Origin: Verrucomicrobiaceae bacterium
GTDB lineage: Bacteria; Verrucomicrobiota; Verrucomicrobiia; Verrucomicrobiales; Akkermansiaceae
NCBI GenBank assembly: GCA_051252135.1
Contig: JBPOGH010000006.1
Coordinates: forward strand, 128,001-192,000
DNA length: 64,000 nucleotides
Reading direction: 5' to 3'
Position 1 is the stretch's first letter. Each line of letters starts with the position of its first letter. This document shows, one piece after another, positions 1 through 12,018 of the stretch. A model generated the notes under the pieces. It searched no databases and had not been told where the DNA came from. It worked only from the letters and a program-made list of their open reading frames with translations. The position numbers and the translations under genes were made by a program.

Positions 1-65
1 AACGGGGTATGGCTGACGGACAGTGTGCCGCCGGATTATCTGACGCGGCGTTTCCGGATTTGAGT

Positions 66-266
66 CTATCCGCCTGCGGCGATGGTGATGATCTCGAGTT
101 GGTCGCCGTCGCTGAGTTCCTGATCGAATTCCGAGGGGGAGAGGGCCCGGCGGTTGAGCTCGACGACGACGGGTTTTCCAGCCAGCCCGAGGGAGTCGAG
201 GAGGGCGGGAAGGGTGAGAGGAGCGTCGAACTTTTGGGTTTCGCCGTTGATGGTGAGGGTCATCAT
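66..266 (-). CDS. thiS: Sulfur carrier protein ThiS
   Basis: 66 aa, TLTINGE...VVVELN...GDQLEI, C-terminal GG; ATG overlaps thiH stop (ATGA). Confidence 0.93.
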   Translation of the reverse strand: MMTLTINGETQKFDAPLTLPALLDSLGLAGKPVVVELNRRALSPSEFDQELSDGDQLEIITIAAGG

Positions 267-1402
267 TTTGTGAGGATGGCAGCGTCCCAATCTTTCCAGA
301 CGGGATCAAATCCTTTTGCGCGGAGAAGGTGGGCGATCTCGGTAGCGGGGCGTTTGTCGTCGATCTCAAACTGGCCGGTGGCGCGGGAGCAGGAGGAGGT
401 TTGATCTGCTTCGAGTTCGACGCGGCGGCCCTTGACGGTGAGGTGAAGGTCGTCGGTTCCGGCTCCGGTGTATCCACCGGGGTCGGTTTTTGACTCGGCG
501 GAGATATGAGTGATGCCGAGTCCGAAGAGGGAGTCACGGAGGGCGGCGGGCTCACGGGTGGAGAGGACGATGCCGACCTGGGGGAAGCAGATGCGGAAGG
601 CGGTGATGAGCTGGACAAGGTGCCGGTCCGAGAGGGAGAGGTTTTCGTCCGGGGTATACTCGTAGTTTCCGGCATGGGGTTTCATGCGGGGGAAGGCGAC
701 GCTGAATTGGGCCTTCCAGCCGATGCGCATGAGGTAGTCGAGGTGGGTGGCGAGGGCGATGGCCTCGTGGCGCCAGTCGGCGAGGCCGAAGAGGGCTCCG
801 ATGCCGATGCGGCGGAAGCCTCCGGCGTAGGCGCGCTCCGGGCAGTCGAGGCGCCAGTCGAAGTTCTTTTTGGGGCCGGCGGTGTGGAGGACCTGGTAGG
901 TTTCGCGGTGGTAGGTCTCCTGATAGACGATGAGGCCTTCGGCTCCGTGATCGACCAGCTCACCGTATTGGTGGTCCTCCATGGGGCCGACCTCGATGCC
1001 GATGGTGGGGATGAAGTCCTTGATGGCATCGACGCACTCCTGAAGGTAGCCCTCGGAGACGAACTTGGGGTGTTCACCGGCGACGAGAAGGATGTTGCGG
1101 AAGCCGAGGGCGTGGAGGTGGCGGGCCTCGGTGACGACCTGCTCAATGGTGAGAGTGGTGCGGAAAATGGGGTTGTCGCGGGAGAAACCGCAATACTGGC
1201 AGTTGTTGACGCACTCGTTTGAGACGTAGAGCGGGGCGAAGAGGCGCATCGTTTTGCCGAAGTGTCGGCGGGTGATTTGCTGGCTTTGGCGGGCTCTGTT
1301 TTCGAGTGTTTGGTTATCGCAAGGTGCGAGGAGGCGGTTGAAGCGCTCCATCAACGGGGTGGGATGGGCCATCAGGTGCTCGAACTGCTGCGAAAAACTC
1401 AC
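263..1402 (-). CDS. thiH: 2-iminoacetate synthase ThiH (radical SAM)
   Basis: FAPLYVSNECVNNCQYCGF, YQETY, GIGALFGL, STRE, GQFEIDD motifs; adjacent thiS; GTG start at 1402 is my choice. Confidence 0.92.
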   Translation of the reverse strand: MSFSQQFEHLMAHPTPLMERFNRLLAPCDNQTLENRARQSQQITRRHFGKTMRLFAPLYVSNECVNNCQYCGFSRDNPIFRTTLTIEQVVTEARHLHALGFRNILLVAGEHPKFVSEGYLQECVDAIKDFIPTIGIEVGPMEDHQYGELVDHGAEGLIVYQETYHRETYQVLHTAGPKKNFDWRLDCPERAYAGGFRRIGIGALFGLADWRHEAIALATHLDYLMRIGWKAQFSVAFPRMKPHAGNYEYTPDENLSLSDRHLVQLITAFRICFPQVGIVLSTREPAALRDSLFGLGITHISAESKTDPGGYTGAGTDDLHLTVKGRRVELEADQTSSCSRATGQFEIDDKRPATEIAHLLRAKGFDPVWKDWDAAILTK

Positions 1403-1497
1403 GGCGGAGGGATCATGCCTGCGGGCGGCTTTGTCAAAAAGATTGCTTCTTTTTTGAATTGTCACCCTGCCCCGCAAGTGCTGGAGTTTCCACCGAA

Positions 1498-1818
1498 ATG
1501 GCTAACGCAACGAATGTCCTCTCCCAAGGGATCGAAATCAAAGGATCGATCAAGTTTTCCAACGACATGATCATCGACGGTAAGATCGATGGCGAGATTG
1601 AGTCCGAGAAGGGCAAGATCACGATTGGCGAGAACGCGAACATCAAAGGCGACGTAAAGGCTGGCGAGGTGAAGCTCTATGGTCGGGTAGAAGGAACCAT
1701 CACTTCGGATCGTTGCGAGCTGAAGGAGAAATCCAAGCTTAACGGGGATATTAAAACCAAGATGCTGAGCATGGAGGAAGGAGCGAGCCTGACCGGACGC
1801 ACCGATATTGGCGGTTAA
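1498..1818 (+). CDS. Bactofilin (polymer-forming cytoskeletal protein)
   Basis: VLSQGIEIKGSIKF...IDGKIDGEI...ITIGENANIKGDV...GDIKT..LSMEEGA beta-helix pattern. Confidence 0.9.
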   Translation: MANATNVLSQGIEIKGSIKFSNDMIIDGKIDGEIESEKGKITIGENANIKGDVKAGEVKLYGRVEGTITSDRCELKEKSKLNGDIKTKMLSMEEGASLTGRTDIGG

Positions 1819-1840
1819 GTAAGCGTAGCTTAAATTTTTT

Positions 1841-1875
1841 AAAGACGTCGTTTCTCCGGAAACGGCGTCTTTTTG
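1841..1875 (+). terminator. Rho-independent terminator
   Basis: AAAGACGTCGTTTC-TCCG-GAAACGGCGTCTTT hairpin with T tail after bactofilin. Confidence 0.75.
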
Positions 1876-1894
1876 TATACTCGGCCTTTCTTGA

Positions 1895-4150
<2,256 letters not shown>

Positions 4151-4233
4151 AGTCGACTGGTCTTTTTTATAACGCACTGATGAGGTGGCTTCGCATCGTA
4201 TTTTGCGCGGGAGTTGAAGATAGGGTGGGCTGA

Positions 4234-4818
4234 CTAAGGTCCTTCAAATGCCGGGTTCGGGATCCAATTTCCGTTGTAACGTTTCTTTTCCCATTGGAGA
4301 AAGTATGCCGTATCTTCTTTCTTGGATGCTTCAATGATCTTCTCGGGGGCGTCCCAGACAGTATTGAAGTTTTCGAGCGTCAAATCATAGAAATCGGCGT
4401 GATCGCCAAGTGCGCACAAGGCCTCGTCTACCCGGCTCAAGTGCCTGCGAAGAGCGGTAGCACTTCTTGTTGTGGCAAGTTTGCGAAGGATGAGAGTTCC
4501 CAGCTCTTGTTCCGAGATGGAGTCAGCATTCGCCATTCCTAAGACATGTATTCTGAGTGCTTTGATTTCAAATTGGGGCATTCGCGCGCAATCGGGACAG
4601 TTGATCCACTCGGTTCTCACCGGGTCGATTTGGTAGATCTTTGAAATTTCGCTCTCTCTTTCCCGTCCAATTTTCAAGGTAATCCCCCAGACGGAAGGAT
4701 TGGAGCGGATCTTTCCAGAGTAAAGATCAACTTGATGTTGAAATGAAAACCCCAAGATAAGGACTGCGATGAGGGAAACCGTTGCTGCTATTTTCAGGAG
4801 TTTCGAAGTGCGGCTCAT
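4234..4818 (-). CDS. Hypothetical protein, N-terminal membrane anchor
   Basis: 194 aa ORF from ATG 4818, hydrophobic N-terminus, AT-richer than flanks. Confidence 0.6.
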   Translation of the reverse strand: MSRTSKLLKIAATVSLIAVLILGFSFQHQVDLYSGKIRSNPSVWGITLKIGRERESEISKIYQIDPVRTEWINCPDCARMPQFEIKALRIHVLGMANADSISEQELGTLILRKLATTRSATALRRHLSRVDEALCALGDHADFYDLTLENFNTVWDAPEKIIEASKKEDTAYFLQWEKKRYNGNWIPNPAFEGP

Positions 4819-4825
4819 GGTTTCC

Positions 4826-6181
4826 TTACAGTGCGAATTTGACCGCCGAGTAGACGCCGGCGGCGGCGATGGAGAGGGCGCTGAGCCAGAGGATGGCATC
4901 GAATTTTCGACCGGGGCGGAGTTCCGGGGCGAGCCAGCGGTAGCGCATCACGAGGGTGGCGTAGACGACGATGAAGAGGATGAGGGTGGTGAGAGAACCG
5001 CCGATGATGACCATGAGGCCCGGTGTCTGGAAGGTGAAGTAGAGGAGGGTCCAGATGACGGGGAAGAGGACGCTGAGAAGGGCGATGGATTTTTTGCGGT
5101 CGGCTTCTTTTTCGAAATCGATCCAGCCGAAGCGTCCGAAGGCATCCGAGAAGAGGCGGCTCCAAGCGGCGAGGGAGGTGATGAGAGTGGAGAAGAGGAC
5201 GACGAAGGCGCCGATCATGAAGGCATTGCGGGCCCAGCTGCCGAGGGTGTCGGTGTACATGCGGGAGAGGTGTTCGAGCAGGTCTCCTGCTTCCGGGACG
5301 ATTTCCTGTGAGTTGAGGATGGCAGCGCCGAGGAGGTAGAACATGGCGGTCATCAGGGTGTAGCAGACCATGGCGGCGAGAGCGTCGATCTGCATGACGC
5401 GGATCCATCCGCGGGCGCGGGCGAGCCAGGCGGCGCGTTCTTCCTGATTGGTGGGTTCCGGGCCGGTGTGTGCGGCGTAGCCTTTTTCGATGAGCCAGTA
5501 ATTGTAAGCGAGGATTTCATCGCCTCCGACGCCGGTGATGGCGAAGGCTCCCATGGCAACGAGGAGGGCTCCTTCGGGCAGGGTGAGTCCGAAGCCCGAG
5601 CCGAGATCCGACCAGCTGATGGAGAAGGGGGTCCATTGGAGGGCGATGAGCGAAACGACGGTGAAGGCGGTGAAGAGGGTGATCATGATGATGGACCACT
5701 TTTCAATGGGGGTGTAAATGCCACGGAAGATGATGGCCATGGCTCCGAGGGCGGCGATGACGGCCCAGAAGAGCGGGTGGACCGGGATGAGGGCGTGAAG
5801 GGCCAGGGCGACGCCACCAACCACGCCTCCGACCTGAAGGGCTTTGAGTGATTGGATGACGAACCAAGCCCAGACGGCCCATCCGGTGCGACCCATGCGT
5901 GGCCCGGGAAGATCGCCGAGGGCTTGCATGGAGGTTTTACCCGAGGCGATGGTGAAGCGTCCGAATTCGATTTGGACGGCGACTTTGACAAGGCAGGAAA
6001 AGAGGATGACCCAGAGGCAGACGAAGCCGACCTTTGCTCCAAAGAGGGTGGTGGCAAAGAGTTCGCCCGATCCGACGATGGAGGCGGTGAGGATAAATCC
6101 CGGCCCAAGACGCTTGAGGGTGCCCGCTATGGTGGTGGGCGGGTCGATGACCTTTTCGGGTGTGCGGAGGTAGGGATTCAC
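4826..6181 (-). CDS. Nramp-related (APC superfamily) transporter
   Basis: LGPGFILTASIVGSGE, ~11 TM helices, GVGGDEILAYNYW; start uncertain (6181 or 6205). Confidence 0.8.
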   Translation of the reverse strand: MNPYLRTPEKVIDPPTTIAGTLKRLGPGFILTASIVGSGELFATTLFGAKVGFVCLWVILFSCLVKVAVQIEFGRFTIASGKTSMQALGDLPGPRMGRTGWAVWAWFVIQSLKALQVGGVVGGVALALHALIPVHPLFWAVIAALGAMAIIFRGIYTPIEKWSIIMITLFTAFTVVSLIALQWTPFSISWSDLGSGFGLTLPEGALLVAMGAFAITGVGGDEILAYNYWLIEKGYAAHTGPEPTNQEERAAWLARARGWIRVMQIDALAAMVCYTLMTAMFYLLGAAILNSQEIVPEAGDLLEHLSRMYTDTLGSWARNAFMIGAFVVLFSTLITSLAAWSRLFSDAFGRFGWIDFEKEADRKKSIALLSVLFPVIWTLLYFTFQTPGLMVIIGGSLTTLILFIVVYATLVMRYRWLAPELRPGRKFDAILWLSALSIAAAGVYSAVKFAL

Positions 6182-6231
6182 TCGAAACAGATTGACCCGA
6201 TCCAAGAGAGGAGGGAATCACTAAGTCCGTG

Positions 6232-7281
6232 TTACTGGCCCTTTACGTGGTTGAGTAAGGCTGTTGCGCAATCGTGGAAGGCTGCGGAGGACTTGGACTC
6301 CGAGGGGCTCAGGCTGGCGACGGGTTCTCCGCCATCGCAGCGGGTGCCGATGACGGGCTCGAGGGGGATTTGGCCGAGGAGGGGGACTTTGATGCGGTCG
6401 CACTCGCGCTGGGCGCCGCCTTGTCCGAAGAGGTGGTAGCGCTGGCCGTGGTCGCACTCGAAGTACGACATGTTTTCGATTAAGCCGAGGATGGGGACGT
6501 TGACTTTGGCAAACATCGAGACGGCCTTACGGGCGTCGATCATGGCGACCTCCTGCGGGGTGGTGACGATGACGGCGCCATCGAGCGCGACGGACTGGAC
6601 GATGGTAAGCTGGATGTCACCGGTGCCGGGAGGGAGGTCGAGGATGAGGACATCGAGATCCTTCCAGGCGACCTGGTGGAGAAATTGCTGGGTGTAGCGG
6701 GTGGCGAGGGGTCCACGGACGATGACGGGGGATTGGTCGCTGAGGAGGAAGCCCATGGACATGAGTTGCAGTCCGTGCGCTTCGATGGGGATGATTTGGT
6801 CCTGATCGTTGGCGGAGGGCTGGTGGTCGACAACGCCGAACATAAGGGGGACGGAGGGGCCGTAGAGGTCACAGTCGAGAAGGCCGACCTTGAGACCTTG
6901 TTTTGAAAGTGCGATGGCGAGATTTGAAGAGACGGTGGATTTTCCGACGCCGCCCTTTCCGGAGCCGACGGCGATGATGCGTTTGACTCCGGGGATTTTC
7001 TGGTGGCCGGTGGATTCGCCGCCGGGAGAGCCCGGAGGGTCCTGAACGTCGATCTCGATGCGGACGCGCTCAGGGCCGTTGAAGAGGGGGTCGAGGACGG
7101 CGTGGCAGTCCTGAAAGATGGTCTGCGGGATTTTGGGATCGCGGGTTTGAATCTGAAGTTTGACTTGAGCGGTGCCCTCGACGACCTCGGTTGATTTTAC
7201 GAGTCCGAAGGAGATGATGTCGCGTGAGAAGCCGGGGTACTTTACTTCCGCGAGTGATTTGCGCAGTTCGTCGTTCGTCAT
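6232..7281 (-). CDS. mrp: Mrp/NBP35 family Fe-S cluster carrier ATPase (ApbC)
   Basis: VKYPGFSRDII, GSGKGGVGKST, DLPPGTGD, VTTPQ, ENMSYF. Confidence 0.93.
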   Translation of the reverse strand: MTNDELRKSLAEVKYPGFSRDIISFGLVKSTEVVEGTAQVKLQIQTRDPKIPQTIFQDCHAVLDPLFNGPERVRIEIDVQDPPGSPGGESTGHQKIPGVKRIIAVGSGKGGVGKSTVSSNLAIALSKQGLKVGLLDCDLYGPSVPLMFGVVDHQPSANDQDQIIPIEAHGLQLMSMGFLLSDQSPVIVRGPLATRYTQQFLHQVAWKDLDVLILDLPPGTGDIQLTIVQSVALDGAVIVTTPQEVAMIDARKAVSMFAKVNVPILGLIENMSYFECDHGQRYHLFGQGGAQRECDRIKVPLLGQIPLEPVIGTRCDGGEPVASLSPSESKSSAAFHDCATALLNHVKGQ

Positions 7282-7312
7282 GGCGGGAATCTAACCGGAC
7301 CTCGGGGAGGTG

Positions 7313-8719
7313 CTAGTATTTCTTGCGCAAGTGTGAGGGTAAAATGCCGAGCTGCTCGCGATATTTGGCAACTGTGCGACGAGCGACCTTGATTCCCTGC
7401 TCGTTGAGGAGTTTTTCGAGTTTGGAGTCGGAGAGTGGTTTGGCGGAGTCCTCTCCTTCAATGAGGTCATGAAGGGCTTCGCGAACGCCTTCATTGGAAA
7501 TGTCATCTCCAGCGGCAGTGCTGTAGCCGGTGGCGAAGAACTTGCGCATTTCCATGAGGCCGTGCGGGGTGTCGACATATTTTCCGGCGACAGCACGCGA
7601 GACGGTGGTGGGGTGGACGCCGATCTTGTCCGCGATGTCATTCATGGTCATTGGCTTGAGGAAGCGGGTGCCATTTTGAAGAAAGGGTGCCTGCCGGTCG
7701 ATGATTTCACGGGTGATGGCGAGGATGGTTTCCTGACGCTGGTCAATGGCGCGGATGATGTGACGGCCATCGCGGATCTGATCTCGGAGGTAATTTCTGG
7801 TTTTCTTGTCTCCGGTGGAGTTGGCGAGGAGGTCTTTGTATTGATCGTTGATGCGGATGCGGGGGAGGTAGTTGCCGGTGAGATTGGCGGTCCATTCTCC
7901 TTCGTCATCCATCTCAATGATGGCATCAGCCTGGATGTAGGGGTTACCACCTTCCAGAAAGCGGGAACCAGGGGTGGGATCCAGAGCGCGGATGTGTTCT
8001 ACTGCTTCAGTGATCCTTTCGATGGGGATGTGAAGTTTTCGCGCAATTTGGGGGAAGTGATTTTTGGCGAGCTCATCGAGGTGTTCATCGACGATGGTGC
8101 ACTCGAGTGTTCCGGCGAGATTCAGGCGCCAGAGTTGAAGGAGGAGGCATTCTCTGAGGTCAGTGGCACCGACTCCGGGAGGGTCGAGAGTCTGAATGAA
8201 GGCCTGCGCTTTTTCGAGTCGCCGCAGCGGAATGCCAAGGGAGATGGTGAGCTCGTCGAGGGGAGCATCGAGATAGCCGTGCTCGGTGAGATTTCCGACG
8301 ACGACGATGGCGTCCTTGCGTCGTTCATCATTTAGGCCGCTTTCACGAATTTGTTCCGCGAGATGTTCCTGAAGGGTGAGGGGTGCGACGATGGAGTTGT
8401 AGAAGTGCTCACGGCGTTCTGCGGCATCGTGATCGGTGCCCTGAGAGCGGCGTTCCATGATAGCAAGGTCCCGGAGGTCATCGTCATAAGTTTCCTGCCA
8501 GTCATCAAAATTATCGGAGTCAGTGGTCTCACTTTCAACAATCTCATCGAAAGAGTCGTGGTCGATCACTTCTTCCAGCACCGGGTTGACTTGCATGGCC
8601 TGAGTTAGAAGCTGGGAGAGCTCCAGGGTATTTGCCTGCAGAATTTCCAAGCTCTGGCGCATTTGCGGCGCGAGAGTTTGCTGCTGGGACAGCGATTGGT
8701 GGAGTCCGACGGAAGACAT
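7313..8719 (-). CDS. rpoN: RNA polymerase sigma-54 factor
   Basis: Q/L-rich region I, RpoN box ARRTVAKYRE, HPTTVSRA. Confidence 0.97.
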   Translation of the reverse strand: MSSVGLHQSLSQQQTLAPQMRQSLEILQANTLELSQLLTQAMQVNPVLEEVIDHDSFDEIVESETTDSDNFDDWQETYDDDLRDLAIMERRSQGTDHDAAERREHFYNSIVAPLTLQEHLAEQIRESGLNDERRKDAIVVVGNLTEHGYLDAPLDELTISLGIPLRRLEKAQAFIQTLDPPGVGATDLRECLLLQLWRLNLAGTLECTIVDEHLDELAKNHFPQIARKLHIPIERITEAVEHIRALDPTPGSRFLEGGNPYIQADAIIEMDDEGEWTANLTGNYLPRIRINDQYKDLLANSTGDKKTRNYLRDQIRDGRHIIRAIDQRQETILAITREIIDRQAPFLQNGTRFLKPMTMNDIADKIGVHPTTVSRAVAGKYVDTPHGLMEMRKFFATGYSTAAGDDISNEGVREALHDLIEGEDSAKPLSDSKLEKLLNEQGIKVARRTVAKYREQLGILPSHLRKKY

Positions 8720-8877
8720 GGGTGCGAGCCAATTAATAGCGCGCGGCTTCGAGACTGCAAATTTTATTAGCAGTTTTTGTGCCACAACTTCCGATGAGTT
8801 GGGCTCATGAGTGGAATTTGGGTGAGGATTTCAGCAAAAGGTTGGTCGATAAACAAAAGCCTGATAAGGATTCTGGA

Positions 8878-10269
8878 ATGAGTAACGAGCTAGCGATGAT
8901 TCGGGAAAAAATGGAGGGAAAAGGGGTCAGTGATGTTGCTATTCAGTGTTTTGAACGAGCGTTTGGGGTGGTTTCGCGAGGAGAGAGTCCGTTGATTTCG
9001 GAGGAGTCGATTTCGCCCGCGCAGGGGGTGGTTGATTATTCGGGTCTTCCGGTGCGGGAAGATTTTGATCCTGAACTGGTGGGGAAGGCTGTCATCATTA
9101 AGTTGAATGGGGGGTTGGGGACGAGCATGGGGTTGGAGAAGGTGAAGAGTCTTTTGGAGGTGCGGCCGGGGGTGAATTTTCTGGATTTGATGGCGCGGCA
9201 GGTTCTTTCCTTACGTGCCAAGACGGGCAGGGAAGTGCGGTTTCTTCTCATGAACAGTCACGCGAGCAGCGATGATACGCAGGGTTATCTCCGTGAATCC
9301 GTCCCGGCGATCGGGGATCCCGCGCAGCTGGAATTGTTGCAGAGTTGGGCGCCGAAGCTTCGTCAGGATAACTTGAAGCCGGTTGACTATCCGAAAAATC
9401 CGGAATTGGAATGGTGCCCTCCAGGGCATGCCGATGTGTATCCTTCGCTTGTTGCGAGCGGGTGGTTGGATCGGCTTTTGGCTGATGGGGTGAAATACGC
9501 GTTCCTTTCCAACAGTGACAATCTTGGAGCGGTGCTTGATCCGACCTTGCTGTCGCATTTTGCGGAAAGTGGGGCGCCTTTCATGATGGAGGTGACCCGT
9601 CGAACGGATGCCGATCGGAAGGGCGGGCATTTGGCGGAGCGTAAATCGGATGGTCGGTTGATTCTGAGGGAAGTGGCACAATGTCCCGATGCCGATTTGG
9701 AAAGTTTTCAGGATATTGGAAAGTACCGCTATTTTAACACCAACAATATTTGGGTGAATCTGGAAGTTTTGCAGGAGGTCCTTGCTGAGGACGGGGGTGT
9801 GCTTCCGTTGCCCATTATTCAGAACAGGAAGTCTGTTGATCCGCGGGATTCCGCTTCTACGCCGGTGTATCAGCTGGAGGCGGCAATGGGATCGGCGATT
9901 GAGTGCTTTGATGGTTCCATTGCGGTTGATGTGCCGCGTTCGCGTTTTGCTCCGGTGAAGTCGACTGCCGATTTGTTGGCGCTGCGATCCGATGCTTATG
10001 AGATTCGTGAGGATGGGCGTATCGAATTGGCGCCGTCGCGTGAAGGGAGGCCTCCGGTGGTGAATCTCTCGTCGGAATACCGTCTGGTGGACTCGCTTGA
10101 TGCTCTTGGGGTGCCTTCGTTGATTGGGGCCGAGGAGGTTTCGATTGAGGGCGCTCTGACCTTTGGGGAGACGGTTGAGGTTATCGGGAAGGTGACTTTC
10201 AAGGGGGGGGCAAATGGTTCAGAAACAGTGCCTTCCGGCGTTTATCAAAATGAGTCCTGGACGGTGTGA
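8878..10269 (+). CDS. UTP--glucose-1-phosphate uridylyltransferase (eukaryote-type UDPGP family)
   Basis: KLNGGLGTSMG, WCPPGHAD, SNSDNLGA, KGGHL, FNTNNIW, RFAPVK. Confidence 0.93.
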   Translation: MSNELAMIREKMEGKGVSDVAIQCFERAFGVVSRGESPLISEESISPAQGVVDYSGLPVREDFDPELVGKAVIIKLNGGLGTSMGLEKVKSLLEVRPGVNFLDLMARQVLSLRAKTGREVRFLLMNSHASSDDTQGYLRESVPAIGDPAQLELLQSWAPKLRQDNLKPVDYPKNPELEWCPPGHADVYPSLVASGWLDRLLADGVKYAFLSNSDNLGAVLDPTLLSHFAESGAPFMMEVTRRTDADRKGGHLAERKSDGRLILREVAQCPDADLESFQDIGKYRYFNTNNIWVNLEVLQEVLAEDGGVLPLPIIQNRKSVDPRDSASTPVYQLEAAMGSAIECFDGSIAVDVPRSRFAPVKSTADLLALRSDAYEIREDGRIELAPSREGRPPVVNLSSEYRLVDSLDALGVPSLIGAEEVSIEGALTFGETVEVIGKVTFKGGANGSETVPSGVYQNESWTV

Positions 10270-10336
10270 AAAATCTGTCACGGGAATGTGGATTTGTGTC
10301 TTGCAAGAGCTTTGCGAATGACGCATTTGCTGGCCC

Positions 10337-10951
10337 GTGAGCTACGACGATTCGCAAATTTCCCTTCCGTCAGCCGGTTATCAGGCACTTATTTTCGATC
10401 TCGACGGCACCCTGGTTGATTCGATGCCAGCGCACTTTGATGCGTGGTGTAAGGCACTGGCGGATCACGGGGCGCCGGGTGTTTTTCCCGAGGATGTTTT
10501 TTATGCCATGGGTGGCAGGCCAACGCGGGACATTGTGGAAATTCTCAACGGTGAGCAGGGGTTGAAGCTTGATCCTGATGCGGTTGCGCTTGCGAAGCGG
10601 CGTCATTTTATGGGGAGTCTTTCCAAGGTGGAGTTCATTGATGAGGTGATTGAGTTTGCCCGTGCGAACCGGGGGAAGGTGCCGATGGCGGTAGCGAGCG
10701 GGGGGACGCGCCTGGTGGTGGAAAAGACGCTGCAGTCCCTGGGTGTTTCCGACCTTTTTGACGAGGTGGTGACTGCGGATGATGTGGTGAATGGCAAGCC
10801 GGCTCCGGATATCTTTCTTGAGGCGGCGAGTCGTCTTGAGGTGGCGCCGGAAGGTTGTGTTGTGTTTGAGGATGCTCCCGCGGGGATTCGGGCTGCGCGC
10901 GATGCGGGGATGGAAGTGGTTGTGATTCCGGCCCGGGTGCAGCTTTCATAG
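10337..10951 (+). CDS. HAD family sugar phosphatase (YqaB/beta-PGM-like)
   Basis: IFDLDGTLVDS, GKPAPDIF, VFEDAPAG. Confidence 0.9.
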   Translation: MSYDDSQISLPSAGYQALIFDLDGTLVDSMPAHFDAWCKALADHGAPGVFPEDVFYAMGGRPTRDIVEILNGEQGLKLDPDAVALAKRRHFMGSLSKVEFIDEVIEFARANRGKVPMAVASGGTRLVVEKTLQSLGVSDLFDEVVTADDVVNGKPAPDIFLEAASRLEVAPEGCVVFEDAPAGIRAARDAGMEVVVIPARVQLS

Positions 10952-11184
10952 GGCTTTGACAGGAGGGTGCGAGGGATTTTGGTGAGGATTCCCAGAGGTG
11001 TGAATTGTGCTCCAACTGCTAAAAGCGGTTGCAAAAATGAGGATGTGAGCTGGGGGGAGATGCTCTCCTAGATTGCGGATGGTGTTTTGGTTGGGTATTT
11101 CTCTTCGGAAGGTGAGTGGAGACCGGTTCTTTGCGGGACGGTCTTCGGGCTTGTAAAATGTTGATAATGAGTGATTCGAGGTCC

Positions 11185-11202
11185 TTGTGAATTTTATCAC
11201 AA
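11185..11202. promoter_or_regulatory. Rex/CRP-type operator 1
   Basis: TTGTGAATTTTATCACAA 18-bp near-palindrome. Confidence 0.75.
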
Positions 11203-11209
11203 ATAGGGC

Positions 11210-11227
11210 TTGTGAAAAAAATCACAA
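11210..11227. promoter_or_regulatory. Rex/CRP-type operator 2
   Basis: TTGTGAAAAAAATCACAA 18-bp near-palindrome, 21 bp before actA. Confidence 0.75.
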
Positions 11228-11248
11228 GCTCCTAGAACTCGTCTGCGC

Positions 11249-11992
11249 ATGGCTAATTTCTTTCCTCGCTGGGCTAATCTCCTCCCGCTGAAAATTGCGG
11301 TGTGTCTGGGGGCTGTCGGTGTCGGTTTGGTGGCTGGTTTCACCTACTACGGAACACCGAAAGCACAACGAGTCGGCTACCAGCCCACTCAGCCTATTCA
11401 CTATGATCACAATCTGCACGTGAGTCAGCTTGGGATGGATTGTCGTTACTGTCACAGTTTCACCGAGCATTCCGGTCACGCGAACGTGCCAACGGCGAAC
11501 ACTTGCTGGAATTGTCACCAGCATGTTCAGAAGGGGTCGCCAAAGCTTGCCGGTCTTCGCGCTGCCATGGCAGTGGACGAGAACCATTTGCCTCTGAAGG
11601 ATGCTGCCGGAAATCCGGTTGAAGGTGAGCCGATTCAGTGGGTCCGGGTTCATAAGGCTCCTGATTATGTCTACTTCAATCATTCGGCTCACTTGAATCG
11701 CGGCATTTCCTGCCAGAGTTGCCACGGGGATGTGCACAAGATGGAAAAGGTCTACCAGGCCGAGTCGCACTCCATGGGGTGGTGTCTTGATTGCCACCGT
11801 GCCCCCGAGAAGCATGTCCGTCCGCTCGAAGAGGTCTTCAACCTCGATTACGATGCGGCCACCTATCTTAAAGAGAACGAAGTCAATGACGAGAACGGTG
11901 AGCGCATCACCGATCCCGAAAAGTTTGGTAAGTTCCTCGTCGCCCATTGGGGCATCAGTCCGAAAGAGTCCTGTGCGACTTGTCACCGTTAA
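11249..11992 (+). CDS. actA: Alternative complex III pentaheme cytochrome c
   Basis: N-terminal TM helix; five CxxCH (CRYCH, CWNCH, CQSCH, CLDCH, CATCH); GYQPTQPI, YFNHSAH. Confidence 0.93.
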   Translation: MANFFPRWANLLPLKIAVCLGAVGVGLVAGFTYYGTPKAQRVGYQPTQPIHYDHNLHVSQLGMDCRYCHSFTEHSGHANVPTANTCWNCHQHVQKGSPKLAGLRAAMAVDENHLPLKDAAGNPVEGEPIQWVRVHKAPDYVYFNHSAHLNRGISCQSCHGDVHKMEKVYQAESHSMGWCLDCHRAPEKHVRPLEEVFNLDYDAATYLKENEVNDENGERITDPEKFGKFLVAHWGISPKESCATCHR

Positions 11993-12018
11993 TTTCCGAT
12001 CTTTTTCCAATCTTCCAG

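Noticed and set aside
1403..1497. TPP riboswitch upstream of thiH
   Set aside because: Only ~95 bp shared with the divergent bactofilin promoter; the conserved CTGAGA core is not seen
10264..10282. TGTGA...TCAC site before the HAD gene
   Set aside because: Spacing is 8 rather than 6 and the half-site is imperfect
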